Below, one piece after another: positions 29,450-39,621 of a DNA stretch of 60,918 nucleotides (position 1 is its first letter; the number at the start of each line of letters is the position of its first letter). The notes below the pieces were generated by a model. The model worked only from the letters and a program-made list of their open reading frames with translations, was not told where the DNA came from and made no database searches. The translations under genes were made by a program, and so were the position numbers. The DNA is from an uncultured virus (IMG/VR IMGVR_UViG_3300008113_010842) (lineage: Duplodnaviria > Heunggongvirae > Uroviricota > Caudoviricetes): the IMG/VR virus record IMGVR_UViG_3300008113_010842; one strand, 5' to 3'.

Positions 29450-29473
29450 ATTTATAAAAAATAATTTTTAGAT

Positions 29474-29878
29474 TTGAAACAGATAAGAGATTATAATTAT
29501 AAAATTTCCGAAAGTGGAGAAATAATAAATTTAAGTAATGGTAAAGTTAAAGGTCAATGGATAAACTCAAGTGGTTATTATTGTGTTGAATTAACTATTG
29601 ATAAGTGTAAAAAGAAAAAGTTTTTAACACATAGATTAGTCGCTGAAACATATTTGGAATTACCAATTATTGAAAAAAAAGTACAAATTGATCACATAAA
29701 TAGAAATAGAATAGATAATCACTTTTCAAATTTAAGATGGGTTACATCATCTGAGAATTGTAAAAATAAAAATAGAGTTAAAGTAAAAATGGATGATATT
29801 AATAGCATAATTGAAATGTTCAAAAATGGAGAAACTATTGATAATATTTATAAAATTATAAATTGTTTTTGTCTGTAA
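29474..29878 (+). CDS. NUMOD4/HNH homing endonuclease
   Basis: YKISESGEI, GYYCVEL, HRLVAETY, IDHINRNRIDNHFSNLRWVT..EN; TTG start. Confidence 0.85.
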   Translation: MKQIRDYNYKISESGEIINLSNGKVKGQWINSSGYYCVELTIDKCKKKKFLTHRLVAETYLELPIIEKKVQIDHINRNRIDNHFSNLRWVTSSENCKNKNRVKVKMDDINSIIEMFKNGETIDNIYKIINCFCL

Positions 29879-29921
29879 GAGTGAAGATAGTAGTATAGTT
29901 ACTCGTCATACACCTAAAATT

Positions 29922-29994
29922 GGAACGGTGGCAGATCAGGTGATTGCGCTGGACTGAAAATCCAGAGGAGTGGGTTCGATACCCACCCGTTCCA
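29922..29994 (+). tRNA. tRNA-Phe(GAA)
   Basis: Cloverleaf; anticodon arm CTGGA-CTGAAAA-TCCAG. Confidence 0.9.
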
Positions 29995-30002
29995 CAAATT
30001 TT

Positions 30003-30075
30003 GGACTCGTAGCTTAATCGGGAAAGCACTCCGCTTTTAACGGAGGGAGAGTGGGATCGTAACCCACCGGGTCCA
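30003..30075 (+). tRNA. tRNA-Lys(TTT)
   Basis: CTCCG-CTTTTAA-CGGAG. Confidence 0.9.
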
Positions 30076-30082
30076 CTAATAT

Positions 30083-30155
30083 GATTTCGTAGCTCAGTTG
30101 GTAGAGCACCTCACTTTTAATGAGGGGGTCGTGGGTTCGAACCCCACCGGGATCA
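30083..30155 (+). tRNA. tRNA-Lys(TTT)
   Basis: CCTCA-CTTTTAA-TGAGG. Confidence 0.92.
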
Positions 30156-30157
30156 CT

Positions 30158-30230
30158 GTGAATGTAGCTCAGTTGGTAGAGCGCTTGATTGTGATTCAAG
30201 AGGTAGCGGGATCGTAACCCGTCATTCACC
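30158..30230 (+). tRNA. tRNA-His(GTG)
   Basis: CTTGA-TTGTGAT-TCAAG; C73 discriminator. Confidence 0.92.
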
Positions 30231-30235
30231 AAATT

Positions 30236-30306
30236 ACGTCATACAGACAAGGTGTCGGTCAGGCCTCCAAAACCTCGACGGGTGGGTTCAATTCCTACAT
30301 GGCGTG
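30236..30306 (+). tRNA. tRNA-Trp(CCA), atypical D and anticodon arms
   Basis: Acceptor ACGTCAT/ATGGCGT; loop CTCCAAA; G73. Confidence 0.7.
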
Positions 30307-30314
30307 CTAATAAT

Positions 30315-30442
30315 GGGGATGTAGCTCAGTGGTAGAGAAAACTATCTCTTTTGAAATTTTACCTCGTAAGAGTGTTGATTAAAAGAGTTACTTCGTATAT
30401 TTTGAAATTATAAGGTCGTTGGTTCGAATCCAACCATCCCCA
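30315..30442 (+). tRNA. tRNA-like RNA with ~56-nt insertion (apparent anticodon TGA)
   Basis: Perfect acceptor GGGGATG/CATCCCC, D arm and T arm GTTGG-TTCGAAT-CCAAC; hairpin insert between D and anticodon arms. Confidence 0.6.
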
Positions 30443-30450
30443 CAAAAAAT

Positions 30451-30523
30451 AGTTCCATCGTCTAATGGATGAGGACAGGTCGCTACGAACGATCAAGTGA
30501 AGGTTCGACTCCTTCTGGAACTA
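30451..30523 (+). tRNA. tRNA-Arg(ACG)
   Basis: GGTCG-CTACGAA-CGATC. Confidence 0.88.
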
Positions 30524-30529
30524 CAAATT

Positions 30530-30614
30530 GGAAGAGTAATTAAGCTGGCGCTTGACCTAGTCTTGAAAACTAGTGGTACTTTCGTGGTATGGGGATCGAT
30601 ACCTCACTCTTCCG
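30530..30614 (+). tRNA. tRNA-Ser(TGA)
   Basis: CTAGT-CTTGAAA-ACTAG; long variable arm; G73. Confidence 0.88.
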
Positions 30615-30619
30615 CAAAA

Positions 30620-30705
30620 GGAGAATAAACTAATCTGGTGATTAGGACCGCCTGCTAAGCGAGTTGCACGTGCAATTGTGTGGGGTTCAATTCCTCTGTT
30701 CTCCG
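30620..30705 (+). tRNA. tRNA-Ser(GCT)
   Basis: Loop CTGCTAA; long variable arm; G73. Confidence 0.85.
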
Positions 30706-30711
30706 CTCTGA

Positions 30712-33060
30712 TTAGTAAACTCTTACTCTGACTGTCATAACATGATTGACAGATGTTGGTGGTGTTCCCCAGGCTGGTGTTATCCATCTAATTTGTAAAT
30801 CATCATTCTCAGAAATAGATAATGGTGAACTTAATGTGAATGTATTGTGTGAGTCTGTTAATAGTTGAGCAGTTGATGTTATGACTACTGACGTTGCCTG
30901 TGTAAGGTTGTGCAATTGGTATATTACATTTTCTGAACTTCCGCCACCTGACATTGACCACATAATTGAAACTGATGTTATTTCACCTCTATAGGGACTT
31001 CTAACTCTTCTTGAGACTTGATTTGTGGTTGAAGGTTGTAAAGAAGGAATAAATCCAATATGATAAGTTGTTGAAATTACAGGTGATATACCTGAATGAG
31101 CAAATGATAAATCTCTAATGGATGATGTCCAAGAACCAACTCCATCTGCATTTGATACCATAATGTATCCATTAGATGCACCATTTGTCATTCTAAATCC
31201 AGTAGTTGAAACCGTACCAGAGACTTGTAATTTATATAAAGGGTTAGATGTTCCTATACCAATATAATCAGATGATGCATCTGCAAAAAATAAATTAGCA
31301 TCATTATCACCTTTTATAGTCAAATCTGAATTACCTTGTAACGAGTTGAAAATAACATTTCCTTGTTTTGTAAAAATAGCTGTTCCATTTGCAGGTACAT
31401 CTATGCTTATACCAGTATTTGAGTAAGTTGAACCATAAACATTGACATCTAATCCAATATTTGATAGTGATGTAGTATTGATATTTGCATAAAATCCTCT
31501 ATTTACAGAACCAGTCCCACCATTTTGGTAAAGAGTGTAAAATCCATAATTATTACTAATTGTAGAGTTACTAAGATCAGAAATTGCTGTATATGAATAG
31601 TTTTCTAAAATAGAACCTGTTGGTTGTAAATAAGAGTAGTAGCCTACATTTGCTCCTGTACCATTATCAACCTCAACAAAATGACCTACCGTAGTTGAAC
31701 CAACTCTTTTATTGATTACAACATTTGAAACATTTGCACCCGGTGGTAATATAGAAGAAGATGTAGAACCAATATAAACCGTATCAGATGATGAATCTAC
31801 ATAGAATAAATGAGATGCTGTATTTCCTTGAATTGTAAAATCAAATAATCCTCCATTACCATTGAATAATGCATTTCCTCTTACGTCTAAACTAGCAACA
31901 GGTGAATTTATACCTATACCGACTTTTCCTGCAAAATAGTTATTTCCACCATCTTCTACATAAATACCCCATCTACTTGATGTTGATGTAATATTTCCTA
32001 ATTTACCAGATTGGTCAGACATATAAAACCCATACATCTTATTAGTAGTTCCGTTATGAGTAAAATTACCATCAAAACCATTCATCCAGAATCCTACATA
32101 TTTATCAATAACACCACCTGATGTAATGTTTCTTAAAACAGAAGAAGAACTTTTGACGAATCCATTATAAGTTCCTGTAGAACTTTGAATCTGTATCACA
32201 TTTATATTAGTAGTCAATGATTCATTAGAAGTCAATAATGACAAGTCACCTGTGTATAATACAACACCTGCATTGGCGTTAAATAAAGCGTTTGATGATG
32301 ATGATAAATTCGGATATAATAAAGTTCCATCACCAACTACGACAGTAGATGAAGTTGTTGTAGGTCTATATTCTTTATATATGGACTTTATTGTCGATGT
32401 ATCTGTAGGTGTACTTACACCATCTAAGTAAACAAACTGAGGTGTAGTTGTTGTAGTAAGCGTTGATGTTTTGAAGTTAGTATTACCGAATACTTCTAAT
32501 TTGTAGCTAAGATTTGATGAAGTTCCAATTCCTAAAGACTTGCTTGTATTGTTCCAGAAAATATTAGAATCTTGACCTAATTTATTACCTGTACTTTGAA
32601 AAAATATTTGTCCATCAGAGCCACCAGCAATTGAAGTAGTTCCGATAAGTAATGGTGACCATTGTGTATTTCCGTTATTATCACTTGACGTTAATAAATA
32701 ACCTGTATTTGGACTCGATGATATTGTTAAATTAGATGTTGTAAGACCACCTACTCTTAATTTAGAGTAAGAATTTATATTTATATCACCGATGACAGTG
32801 TGGTCATCATTAGTTTCCACAAGAGCAAAAGTATCGTCTGATTCATCCCAAATGAAAGCTTGTGTAAGACCAGTACCTCTACCAAACATTATACCCTCAT
32901 CTAAAATAGGGGTTCCAGATTGGCTATGTCCTAAAGTTATTATAGTGTCCGATACAACTAAATTTGTTGTGCTGATTGTGGAAGCAGATCCTAATATTGA
33001 AAAAGAACCCGTTACTAATAAATCACCCCATATTTCTGAACTTCCGTATATTATTGGCAT
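30712..33060 (-). CDS. Putative tail fibre/receptor-binding protein
   Basis: S/T/G/N-rich; repeated VGIGT..P...L.V.G fibre motifs. Confidence 0.7.
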   Translation of the reverse strand: MPIIYGSSEIWGDLLVTGSFSILGSASTISTTNLVVSDTIITLGHSQSGTPILDEGIMFGRGTGLTQAFIWDESDDTFALVETNDDHTVIGDININSYSKLRVGGLTTSNLTISSSPNTGYLLTSSDNNGNTQWSPLLIGTTSIAGGSDGQIFFQSTGNKLGQDSNIFWNNTSKSLGIGTSSNLSYKLEVFGNTNFKTSTLTTTTTPQFVYLDGVSTPTDTSTIKSIYKEYRPTTTSSTVVVGDGTLLYPNLSSSSNALFNANAGVVLYTGDLSLLTSNESLTTNINVIQIQSSTGTYNGFVKSSSSVLRNITSGGVIDKYVGFWMNGFDGNFTHNGTTNKMYGFYMSDQSGKLGNITSTSSRWGIYVEDGGNNYFAGKVGIGINSPVASLDVRGNALFNGNGGLFDFTIQGNTASHLFYVDSSSDTVYIGSTSSSILPPGANVSNVVINKRVGSTTVGHFVEVDNGTGANVGYYSYLQPTGSILENYSYTAISDLSNSTISNNYGFYTLYQNGGTGSVNRGFYANINTTSLSNIGLDVNVYGSTYSNTGISIDVPANGTAIFTKQGNVIFNSLQGNSDLTIKGDNDANLFFADASSDYIGIGTSNPLYKLQVSGTVSTTGFRMTNGASNGYIMVSNADGVGSWTSSIRDLSFAHSGISPVISTTYHIGFIPSLQPSTTNQVSRRVRSPYRGEITSVSIMWSMSGGGSSENVIYQLHNLTQATSVVITSTAQLLTDSHNTFTLSSPLSISENDDLQIRWITPAWGTPPTSVNHVMTVRVRVY

Positions 33061-33075
33061 ATTTTATCTTTTATT

Positions 33076-36000
33076 TTATCCTATAACTATTATTTTTATA
33101 CTTGATAGTGTGTGACTAAACATAATATTTACTGAATTTGTTGTCATGATTTGTATCAAACCAGGTATTACTTGAATACCAGTTGAATCATAAGCTTGAA
33201 CTATCACTTCATCTGTTCCTAAATTATGGGTTATTGTTTCTGTAATTGAAGCGGTAAAGCCTCTTGTGACTGAATATTTAAAAGTAGCTGTAGACACTTT
33301 TGAATCAACATAACCTTTATGAACTAATGAGTAAGTTGAATAATTTGATGTATAATCATCGATATAAACTAAACCTTTTGATGAAATACTATCATTTATA
33401 ACTAATATGTTATCTGTGGAAAAGTCATTTACCGAAACAGGTGACGAATTCAAACATAATGAAGATGTGTTTGAACCATCCGTTGAGCTTGATTCTAGTA
33501 AAATATTATTATGAGAAATAATTTGTCTATTACTATAAGTTCCTAAGCCAATTTTAGTTATAATTTCACCTTGACCATTATTTTCATTCCCAACTCTTAT
33601 ATAAGATTCATATGATGAACTTTTTGATCTTATTTCTGAATATTTATTTTCAACTCTTAGTGTGTTTATAATTCCAGGGTAAATAGTTGATTGTCTATTT
33701 AAGTTAATTTCACTATTTGATGTATTTAGAGTAAAGTCATAATTAGAGAGATCAATAGTTGTTGGCTGAGAAAGAGTTCCGCCTAATCCAATAACCCCCG
33801 ATGAAATTTCTGATAAACCGTTAGTTGCTCCAATTGCATCTATAGCAGACCAAATGGAAGCAGTTGCTACGTTGACATAAGATCTAGAAGCTACTACTGA
33901 ATAGTCTATAGCTAAAGAAACAGACCCTGATGTTCCTCCTCCCGTCAGACCACTACCGGGTGTTATATCTAATATTGGTATGTTCCAAGTTGCATTACCA
34001 CCAGAATCAGAAGTGAGCACATATCCTTTTCGAGCACCGTCTGTAATTCTTATCGAGTTAGTAGTTATCTTTCCATCAACGTCTAAGTAAGATTTAGGAG
34101 AAAGACTATTTATACCAACAAATCCAAAATTTCGAGTAATAGTCTCAATTGATTGTAATGCATTTAATCCAGTATTTGAGACATAAATTTTACCCTTTTT
34201 ATAATCATAGTTTAATCCTCTTGGATTCCCTGTAGTTGATATTGTGGAAATGACTGAAGTTCCATTTATAACTGAAATGTTTGACGAGTTAAAATTTGAA
34301 ACATAAATATAACCAGTATTTTCATCTAAAATCACGCTATCTGGATTAGTGCCTACTGAAATTGTAGAAACTACCGATAATGTATTAGTGTTGATAACAC
34401 TTACACTATTTGCAGAATAATTAGTTACATATAAATATTGATTATTTGGACTATATACAATATCATAAGGATTAGTACCAACAGAAATTGTAGCTGTAAT
34501 TGTATTTGTACTTAAATTTATTCTTCCAACAAAGTCTGGACCAATACCTGTCACCCACAAATTATTTTTATCAAAGTCATATGCGAATGTTCTTGGTGTT
34601 GTTACTGAGAAAGTTGTTGATACTAAATTAGTAGATGTATTTATAACACTAATATTATTTGTTCCTTGATTGGCTACATAAATAAGATTACCTACTTTTT
34701 CAATACCAAATGGTAATGAACCAACTGAGATAGTACCAACTACAGTATCAGTTGCTGAGTTTATATAAGTAACATTGTTGGAACCTCTATTTGTAACCCA
34801 TACTAAGTTTGTACTTTCATCTATTAGAATTTCTGAAGGATTAGTTCCTACAGATATAGTTGCAGTAACTAAACCAGTTACTGAGTTTATTACTGTTAGA
34901 TTACTACTGCCATAATTAGCAACATATATTTTATTATTTAAGCTATTTATTTTTAAATTATAAGGAGTAGTACCAACATTTATAGTAGATTGTATGGTAT
35001 TTATTGTAGTTTCAGGTGACAAATATAAAGAAGAAGTTGTTGAAATTTCATCTGTATTTGACCAATAAGGAACATAATTTGATGAACCGGTACCACTTAC
35101 AATAGAAGAAATCGCTGTCCATATTGATGATGTTCCAAAATCAACATAACTTTTGTCTACTAAAGACCTATTTACATATCCAGATGAATAATCAGTTGCG
35201 TATTTTAAACCCTGATTATTTGATGTTGATATACTATTATCCGATAAGTTAATCGATAAGTTATTAGATTGTAATTCTATATCAGAACCATTTAGTTCTA
35301 TGTATGAAGTCGTTTGAGCTCCATCATCTGTTGATATCAAAACTCTATCAGCATTACCACCATAATCTAAATCAACTCTTCCTCCACCATTTACTGATTT
35401 TATAAAAGTAGAAGTACCCATAATCAAACTTAGTGTTTCGGTATTATTACCGGAGGTTAATACTTGAGAGATATTAGGACTCAAAACTGATGCTACTTTG
35501 TTATCAACATATTTTTTTGATACTAATGAGTTTGTTGCAAATGTAGAGTAATAGTCTGATGTGTATACTAAACCTAATCCATCGGATGTTGTAATAGATG
35601 ATGAATAAGTATCTAAAACAATTTGATTCTGTCCAATCAACAAATACGAATCGGTTAGTACACCGTTATCTGTTGATAAAAGAATTGAATTAGTAGAACC
35701 CCAATCTAAAGAAATTTTAGTATTAGAACTATTTGACAATAAAGAAGTAGATGTTCCAAGTATTATATTATTTGTTCCTGTTTCATTACCTGATTGTAAT
35801 ACATCAGATAGTTTTTGAATTTCATTTGACCAAATAACATTACCAGAACCATCGGTCTTTAAAAATTGACCATTTGTTCCATCTGTACTTGGTAATGTAT
35901 AAGCGTTGTTTATGTTTACATTATTTCCTAGATATACTGTATTGCTCTCAGTGGCTGTCAAATTGATACCTCCAATTACAACTGTATTAAGTAGATTTGC

Positions 36001-36570
36001 ATCTATTGATGAATTTTTTGAATTTATTATAACACCAGCATTAGAATCGACATTCGAAGATGTCATCGAAAATCCTAAATTTGATTTAATTAAAATGTTG
36101 TCAGAATTATTTAATACTCTAAACTTAATTTCATTTAATGAGCTAAAAAACATATCAGAGTTAATTCTAAACGTATTTGAATCGTTAGTAATACTAAATG
36201 TAGATGCTAAAATAAAATCTAAATAACTATCACCAACATCAGATAACAATAAAGAATTATAACCATTTGTTAATTGAACTACCGGATTTCCTGCAGAATC
36301 TAAACTTAATTGTGAGCCATTTGTTGATTGTATTACACTATTTTCACTTAAAGTTATACTATACGAACCTGTTTCGTTATTTACCGACAAAACATCTTCA
36401 AATGAAGGTGTAAGACCGGTACCACTAAAAGTATTTGTAATTGGTGTTATTGTACCAAACTCATCCTTTTGTTTAAAAATACCATCAGAATCAAATGCAA
36501 CAATAAAACCACTTGAAGGTGTTGCCGCGTCGATTAAAGACATTGTGCTACCAAATAGAATAGAACTCAT
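33076..36570 (-). CDS. Putative tail fibre with YVTN-type beta-propeller
   Basis: About seven repeats of TISVGTNP...IYV.N..SNN.SVIN; fibre motifs GQFLKTDGSGNVIW and SLV.K.YVD. Confidence 0.75.
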   Translation of the reverse strand: MSSILFGSTMSLIDAATPSSGFIVAFDSDGIFKQKDEFGTITPITNTFSGTGLTPSFEDVLSVNNETGSYSITLSENSVIQSTNGSQLSLDSAGNPVVQLTNGYNSLLLSDVGDSYLDFILASTFSITNDSNTFRINSDMFFSSLNEIKFRVLNNSDNILIKSNLGFSMTSSNVDSNAGVIINSKNSSIDANLLNTVVIGGINLTATESNTVYLGNNVNINNAYTLPSTDGTNGQFLKTDGSGNVIWSNEIQKLSDVLQSGNETGTNNIILGTSTSLLSNSSNTKISLDWGSTNSILLSTDNGVLTDSYLLIGQNQIVLDTYSSSITTSDGLGLVYTSDYYSTFATNSLVSKKYVDNKVASVLSPNISQVLTSGNNTETLSLIMGTSTFIKSVNGGGRVDLDYGGNADRVLISTDDGAQTTSYIELNGSDIELQSNNLSINLSDNSISTSNNQGLKYATDYSSGYVNRSLVDKSYVDFGTSSIWTAISSIVSGTGSSNYVPYWSNTDEISTTSSLYLSPETTINTIQSTINVGTTPYNLKINSLNNKIYVANYGSSNLTVINSVTGLVTATISVGTNPSEILIDESTNLVWVTNRGSNNVTYINSATDTVVGTISVGSLPFGIEKVGNLIYVANQGTNNISVINTSTNLVSTTFSVTTPRTFAYDFDKNNLWVTGIGPDFVGRINLSTNTITATISVGTNPYDIVYSPNNQYLYVTNYSANSVSVINTNTLSVVSTISVGTNPDSVILDENTGYIYVSNFNSSNISVINGTSVISTISTTGNPRGLNYDYKKGKIYVSNTGLNALQSIETITRNFGFVGINSLSPKSYLDVDGKITTNSIRITDGARKGYVLTSDSGGNATWNIPILDITPGSGLTGGGTSGSVSLAIDYSVVASRSYVNVATASIWSAIDAIGATNGLSEISSGVIGLGGTLSQPTTIDLSNYDFTLNTSNSEINLNRQSTIYPGIINTLRVENKYSEIRSKSSSYESYIRVGNENNGQGEIITKIGLGTYSNRQIISHNNILLESSSTDGSNTSSLCLNSSPVSVNDFSTDNILVINDSISSKGLVYIDDYTSNYSTYSLVHKGYVDSKVSTATFKYSVTRGFTASITETITHNLGTDEVIVQAYDSTGIQVIPGLIQIMTTNSVNIMFSHTLSSIKIIVIG

Positions 36571-36653
36571 TAAATAATTTATTTTATTATTCTATATATT
36601 ATTTTCAGAATCGCTTTTTATTTTTTATCTTTGAAAATATAACTCATATTACA

Positions 36654-36878
36654 ATGAAATTCAAATTAGGAGATATAGTAAATTCATCTTGGAATACTTA
36701 TGATAAAAATGCGGCTTGTGAGATTGATAGAATCTATACAAGGAAAGATAATATTGAAATGCTTAGATTAAAGTTTTATCATAAAGGAGTTGAAAAAAGA
36801 ATAAATGTGACAGCTTATACTTGTAAAATTGATATCTCTTATAGTAGAAACAACACTCTAGATCAGTTAGGCATTTAA
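36654..36878 (+). CDS. Hypothetical protein
   Basis: 74-aa ORF after TATCTTTG. Confidence 0.7.
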   Translation: MKFKLGDIVNSSWNTYDKNAACEIDRIYTRKDNIEMLRLKFYHKGVEKRINVTAYTCKIDISYSRNNTLDQLGI

Positions 36879-37243
36879 TATTTTGGTAATTTCATATCAG
36901 TTGATATTTCAACTTTGAAGCCAAAACCACTATCATCATCAGAACTATATTTGATTTCAGATTCATATCCATTTCTACCATCAAATGTGATTGGTTTAGG
37001 TCCATTTAATTTTGCATTTTTCAGATTATTTTGCCTCTTTTGATTTAATTCCTCTTGTGCCAACATTTCTTCAAATGTTAAACCAGGTTCAGAGGGTTGT
37101 TTCTCATCATTTTGCCTTGTAGAGTATTGTTGTGGTTCTGTGTAGCCGTATTTTCTTAATAGTTGTTCTGCCTCCCAACCTGTCACTTCTCTTTCTGATT
37201 CAACGTGTTGATGATCTATAATTCTTGCTTGTGGTCTTTCCAT
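36875..37243 (-). CDS. Hypothetical protein
   Basis: 122-aa ORF. Confidence 0.75.
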   Translation of the reverse strand: MERPQARIIDHQHVESEREVTGWEAEQLLRKYGYTEPQQYSTRQNDEKQPSEPGLTFEEMLAQEELNQKRQNNLKNAKLNGPKPITFDGRNGYESEIKYSSDDDSGFGFKVEISTDMKLPKY

Positions 37244-37248
37244 AACAT

Positions 37249-37647
37249 TTAATTATTTATTGATACTAATATATTAATTTCTTCTCTTCTATTTGTTTCT
37301 ACCTTTATTTCAGCATTTTGAAATCTATCCTTTATTCTATCTATAGCAACTTCAATGTCATCGAGTAAATCTAACATTGCTTTGTTTTTATTTCTCAAAA
37401 ATTCTAAATCAACTTCAACCATTCCTACATAAAGATTAGAATTTACTGGTTGTGGTATGCTTAAACTTTTACCCAATTCTATGTGTAATTTTAAATCAGC
37501 TTTAGGATTTATTCCAAACATTACCAGTCCTTCGGATTCAATTAACTCAACCTTAAAATTTGAATTCTCTGAGATATCCAAGAAACATTCTTCAATATAC
37601 TTCTTATCATCTTCATTATTTTCAAATATCTTTCTTAAATGTTTCAT
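37249..37647 (-). CDS. Hypothetical protein, possible virion internal protein
   Basis: N-terminal MKHLRKIFEN motif; upstream TAATATATA. Confidence 0.75.
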   Translation of the reverse strand: MKHLRKIFENNEDDKKYIEECFLDISENSNFKVELIESEGLVMFGINPKADLKLHIELGKSLSIPQPVNSNLYVGMVEVDLEFLRNKNKAMLDLLDDIEVAIDRIKDRFQNAEIKVETNRREEINILVSINN

Positions 37648-37650
37648 AAT

Positions 37651-39621
37651 TTATATATTAATTAAAATATTTTTAATATCAGTAGATAGTCTTTCAACAT
37701 TATAGTTTTTTTCTATAAATTCTTTATTTTCTTTTACTAATTTTTGATAATGATTATAATTCTGATAAACTTCAATTAACTTTTTTGAAGCATCTTCAAT
37801 TTTTGGATCAGCCCATTTTACAGACCATTTTACCGGTGAATCAAACATTTTATAATATATTGATTCTTTTGAGATATCAATTTTCTCATAATCTACTAAT
37901 TGACACTTATCACTTAAACAAAAATCCAAGTTTCCAGACCAACCAGTGCAGACTACTGGATTTTCTAACATTATAGATTCCATCATCGTTAAGCCAGAAC
38001 CTTCACTTCTGTGTAGTGATATATAAACATCCATTGCATTAAATAGTATTTCCATTTTTTCAGATGACCAATCTTCATTTATTAAAAGTATATTTTTGTT
38101 TAATTTAGAATTTAAAAGTGATTTTTGTTGAAAGTTCAAATTATGGGATTTTATTACTAATAAACATTCTTGATATTTTAGTAAAGAATTATTAAATGTA
38201 TCTATGACTGCTAATGGATTTTTTCTTTCTATGTCACTATGTGCATCAAATGTAAAACAAACAATAAATTTATCAGACAATTTCAAAATTTCTTTACACT
38301 CTTTTTTATTTCTTTTCTTTTTATATTCACCAGGTATATTTAACTGATGAATTTTTTTACCAGGTAGGCAATTTTCAAAAGATTTTTTACAAAATTCAGA
38401 TATAGTCCAAATTTCGTCAAACTTTTCCGAAACCTGAATCCATTTCATTGGTAGTTCTTCTAATTCCCAAGCCCAAAGAGTTATATTATACTTGTCTTTG
38501 ATATAGTTATTTCCAACAAAATTTTCAAAATCAAAGTCTGGATTACACAAAATTAAATTAGTATTAAAATAATTGAAATTTTCATCTTGATAAAAATTTT
38601 CATATTTATTGTGTGGATTCTGTATATTTAAATTGTACGGTATTTTTGCTTTCTCTAGTGCTTGTATAATTATTCTCATATTATGACCTAATCCGCATAT
38701 AGTATTTGCAAAACCATAAATATTTACACCACCTATTCCATTCAAAAATTTATTAAAATTATCATCATCAGAGAAACTATCAATAAATGGTTGATGACAA
38801 CCAAATGTATCTTCTTTATAAATATGTTCAAATGAAAAAAGTGATGCAACTTCTAAAGGACTTACTTTCCATTTATCAGATAATTCTATATGGTAAGAAA
38901 AGAAAAGATCTTCCCAAATGAACTCACATTCGGACTCATTATGTTTGACATAATAGTTTATTAGCTTATTGTTATTTTCTATAACGTCTTTTATTGCAGC
39001 AACCGTTCTTAAACTAAGACCACCATTTCCTATATTTATTTCTTTTGCAAAATTATAATCATTTTGTATCCTCTTACTATGGTCAGATGGTCCCCAAGGT
39101 GCTCCGATATAATCCCATTCTAAAAAAGAGTCATCAAAATCCTTAAATATAAATGTATCTGATTGATATATCAAAACCTTTTCACAATTGATTTTGTTCC
39201 AAAAGTCTAAACTCAAACACAAATTATTGTATGAATTTCTATTAATTTGATATTCTCCTAAATTTATTATTTGTATTTGTTCATTTATTTTTTTTGCAAA
39301 TTCATTAATTTTTTCAAAATTATCATTGTTACAAACAATTATATGACCCCAACCATCACCCAACTTTTGAATAGTATTTTTTATACAAAATTCAATTGTC
39401 TTATTCCATCTTGTTTCAACAATCAATGATTTTTTATAAGAGTCTTTATCTATTATGGGAAAATCATCTGATAGATATTTAAGTAATTTTGAACATAAAT
39501 CATTGAAAATTTCAAACTTGTTGTTGTTAAATTCTTTTATAATTTTTTTTGGATTTTCTATAAAGTTTTGTTTTTTAACTTTCCAATTATAAAGTGGATT
39601 TTCTCTAACATTTTTTTTCAT
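37651..39621 (-). CDS. DUF5672-like + GT4 glycosyltransferase fusion
   Basis: LIYQSD...WDYIGAPW...GNGGLSLR...EDLFF; C-terminal ERKNP...DVYISLHRSEG.GL..MESI. Confidence 0.8.
   Translation of the reverse strand: MKKNVRENPLYNWKVKKQNFIENPKKIIKEFNNNKFEIFNDLCSKLLKYLSDDFPIIDKDSYKKSLIVETRWNKTIEFCIKNTIQKLGDGWGHIIVCNNDNFEKINEFAKKINEQIQIINLGEYQINRNSYNNLCLSLDFWNKINCEKVLIYQSDTFIFKDFDDSFLEWDYIGAPWGPSDHSKRIQNDYNFAKEINIGNGGLSLRTVAAIKDVIENNNKLINYYVKHNESECEFIWEDLFFSYHIELSDKWKVSPLEVASLFSFEHIYKEDTFGCHQPFIDSFSDDDNFNKFLNGIGGVNIYGFANTICGLGHNMRIIIQALEKAKIPYNLNIQNPHNKYENFYQDENFNYFNTNLILCNPDFDFENFVGNNYIKDKYNITLWAWELEELPMKWIQVSEKFDEIWTISEFCKKSFENCLPGKKIHQLNIPGEYKKKRNKKECKEILKLSDKFIVCFTFDAHSDIERKNPLAVIDTFNNSLLKYQECLLVIKSHNLNFQQKSLLNSKLNKNILLINEDWSSEKMEILFNAMDVYISLHRSEGSGLTMMESIMLENPVVCTGWSGNLDFCLSDKCQLVDYEKIDISKESIYYKMFDSPVKWSVKWADPKIEDASKKLIEVYQNYNHYQKLVKENKEFIEKNYNVERLSTDIKNILINI

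Noticed and set aside
29871..29920. Possible tRNA remnant between the HNH gene and tRNA-Phe (contains GTTACTCG)
   Set aside because: No T arm or acceptor pairing; too weak to call
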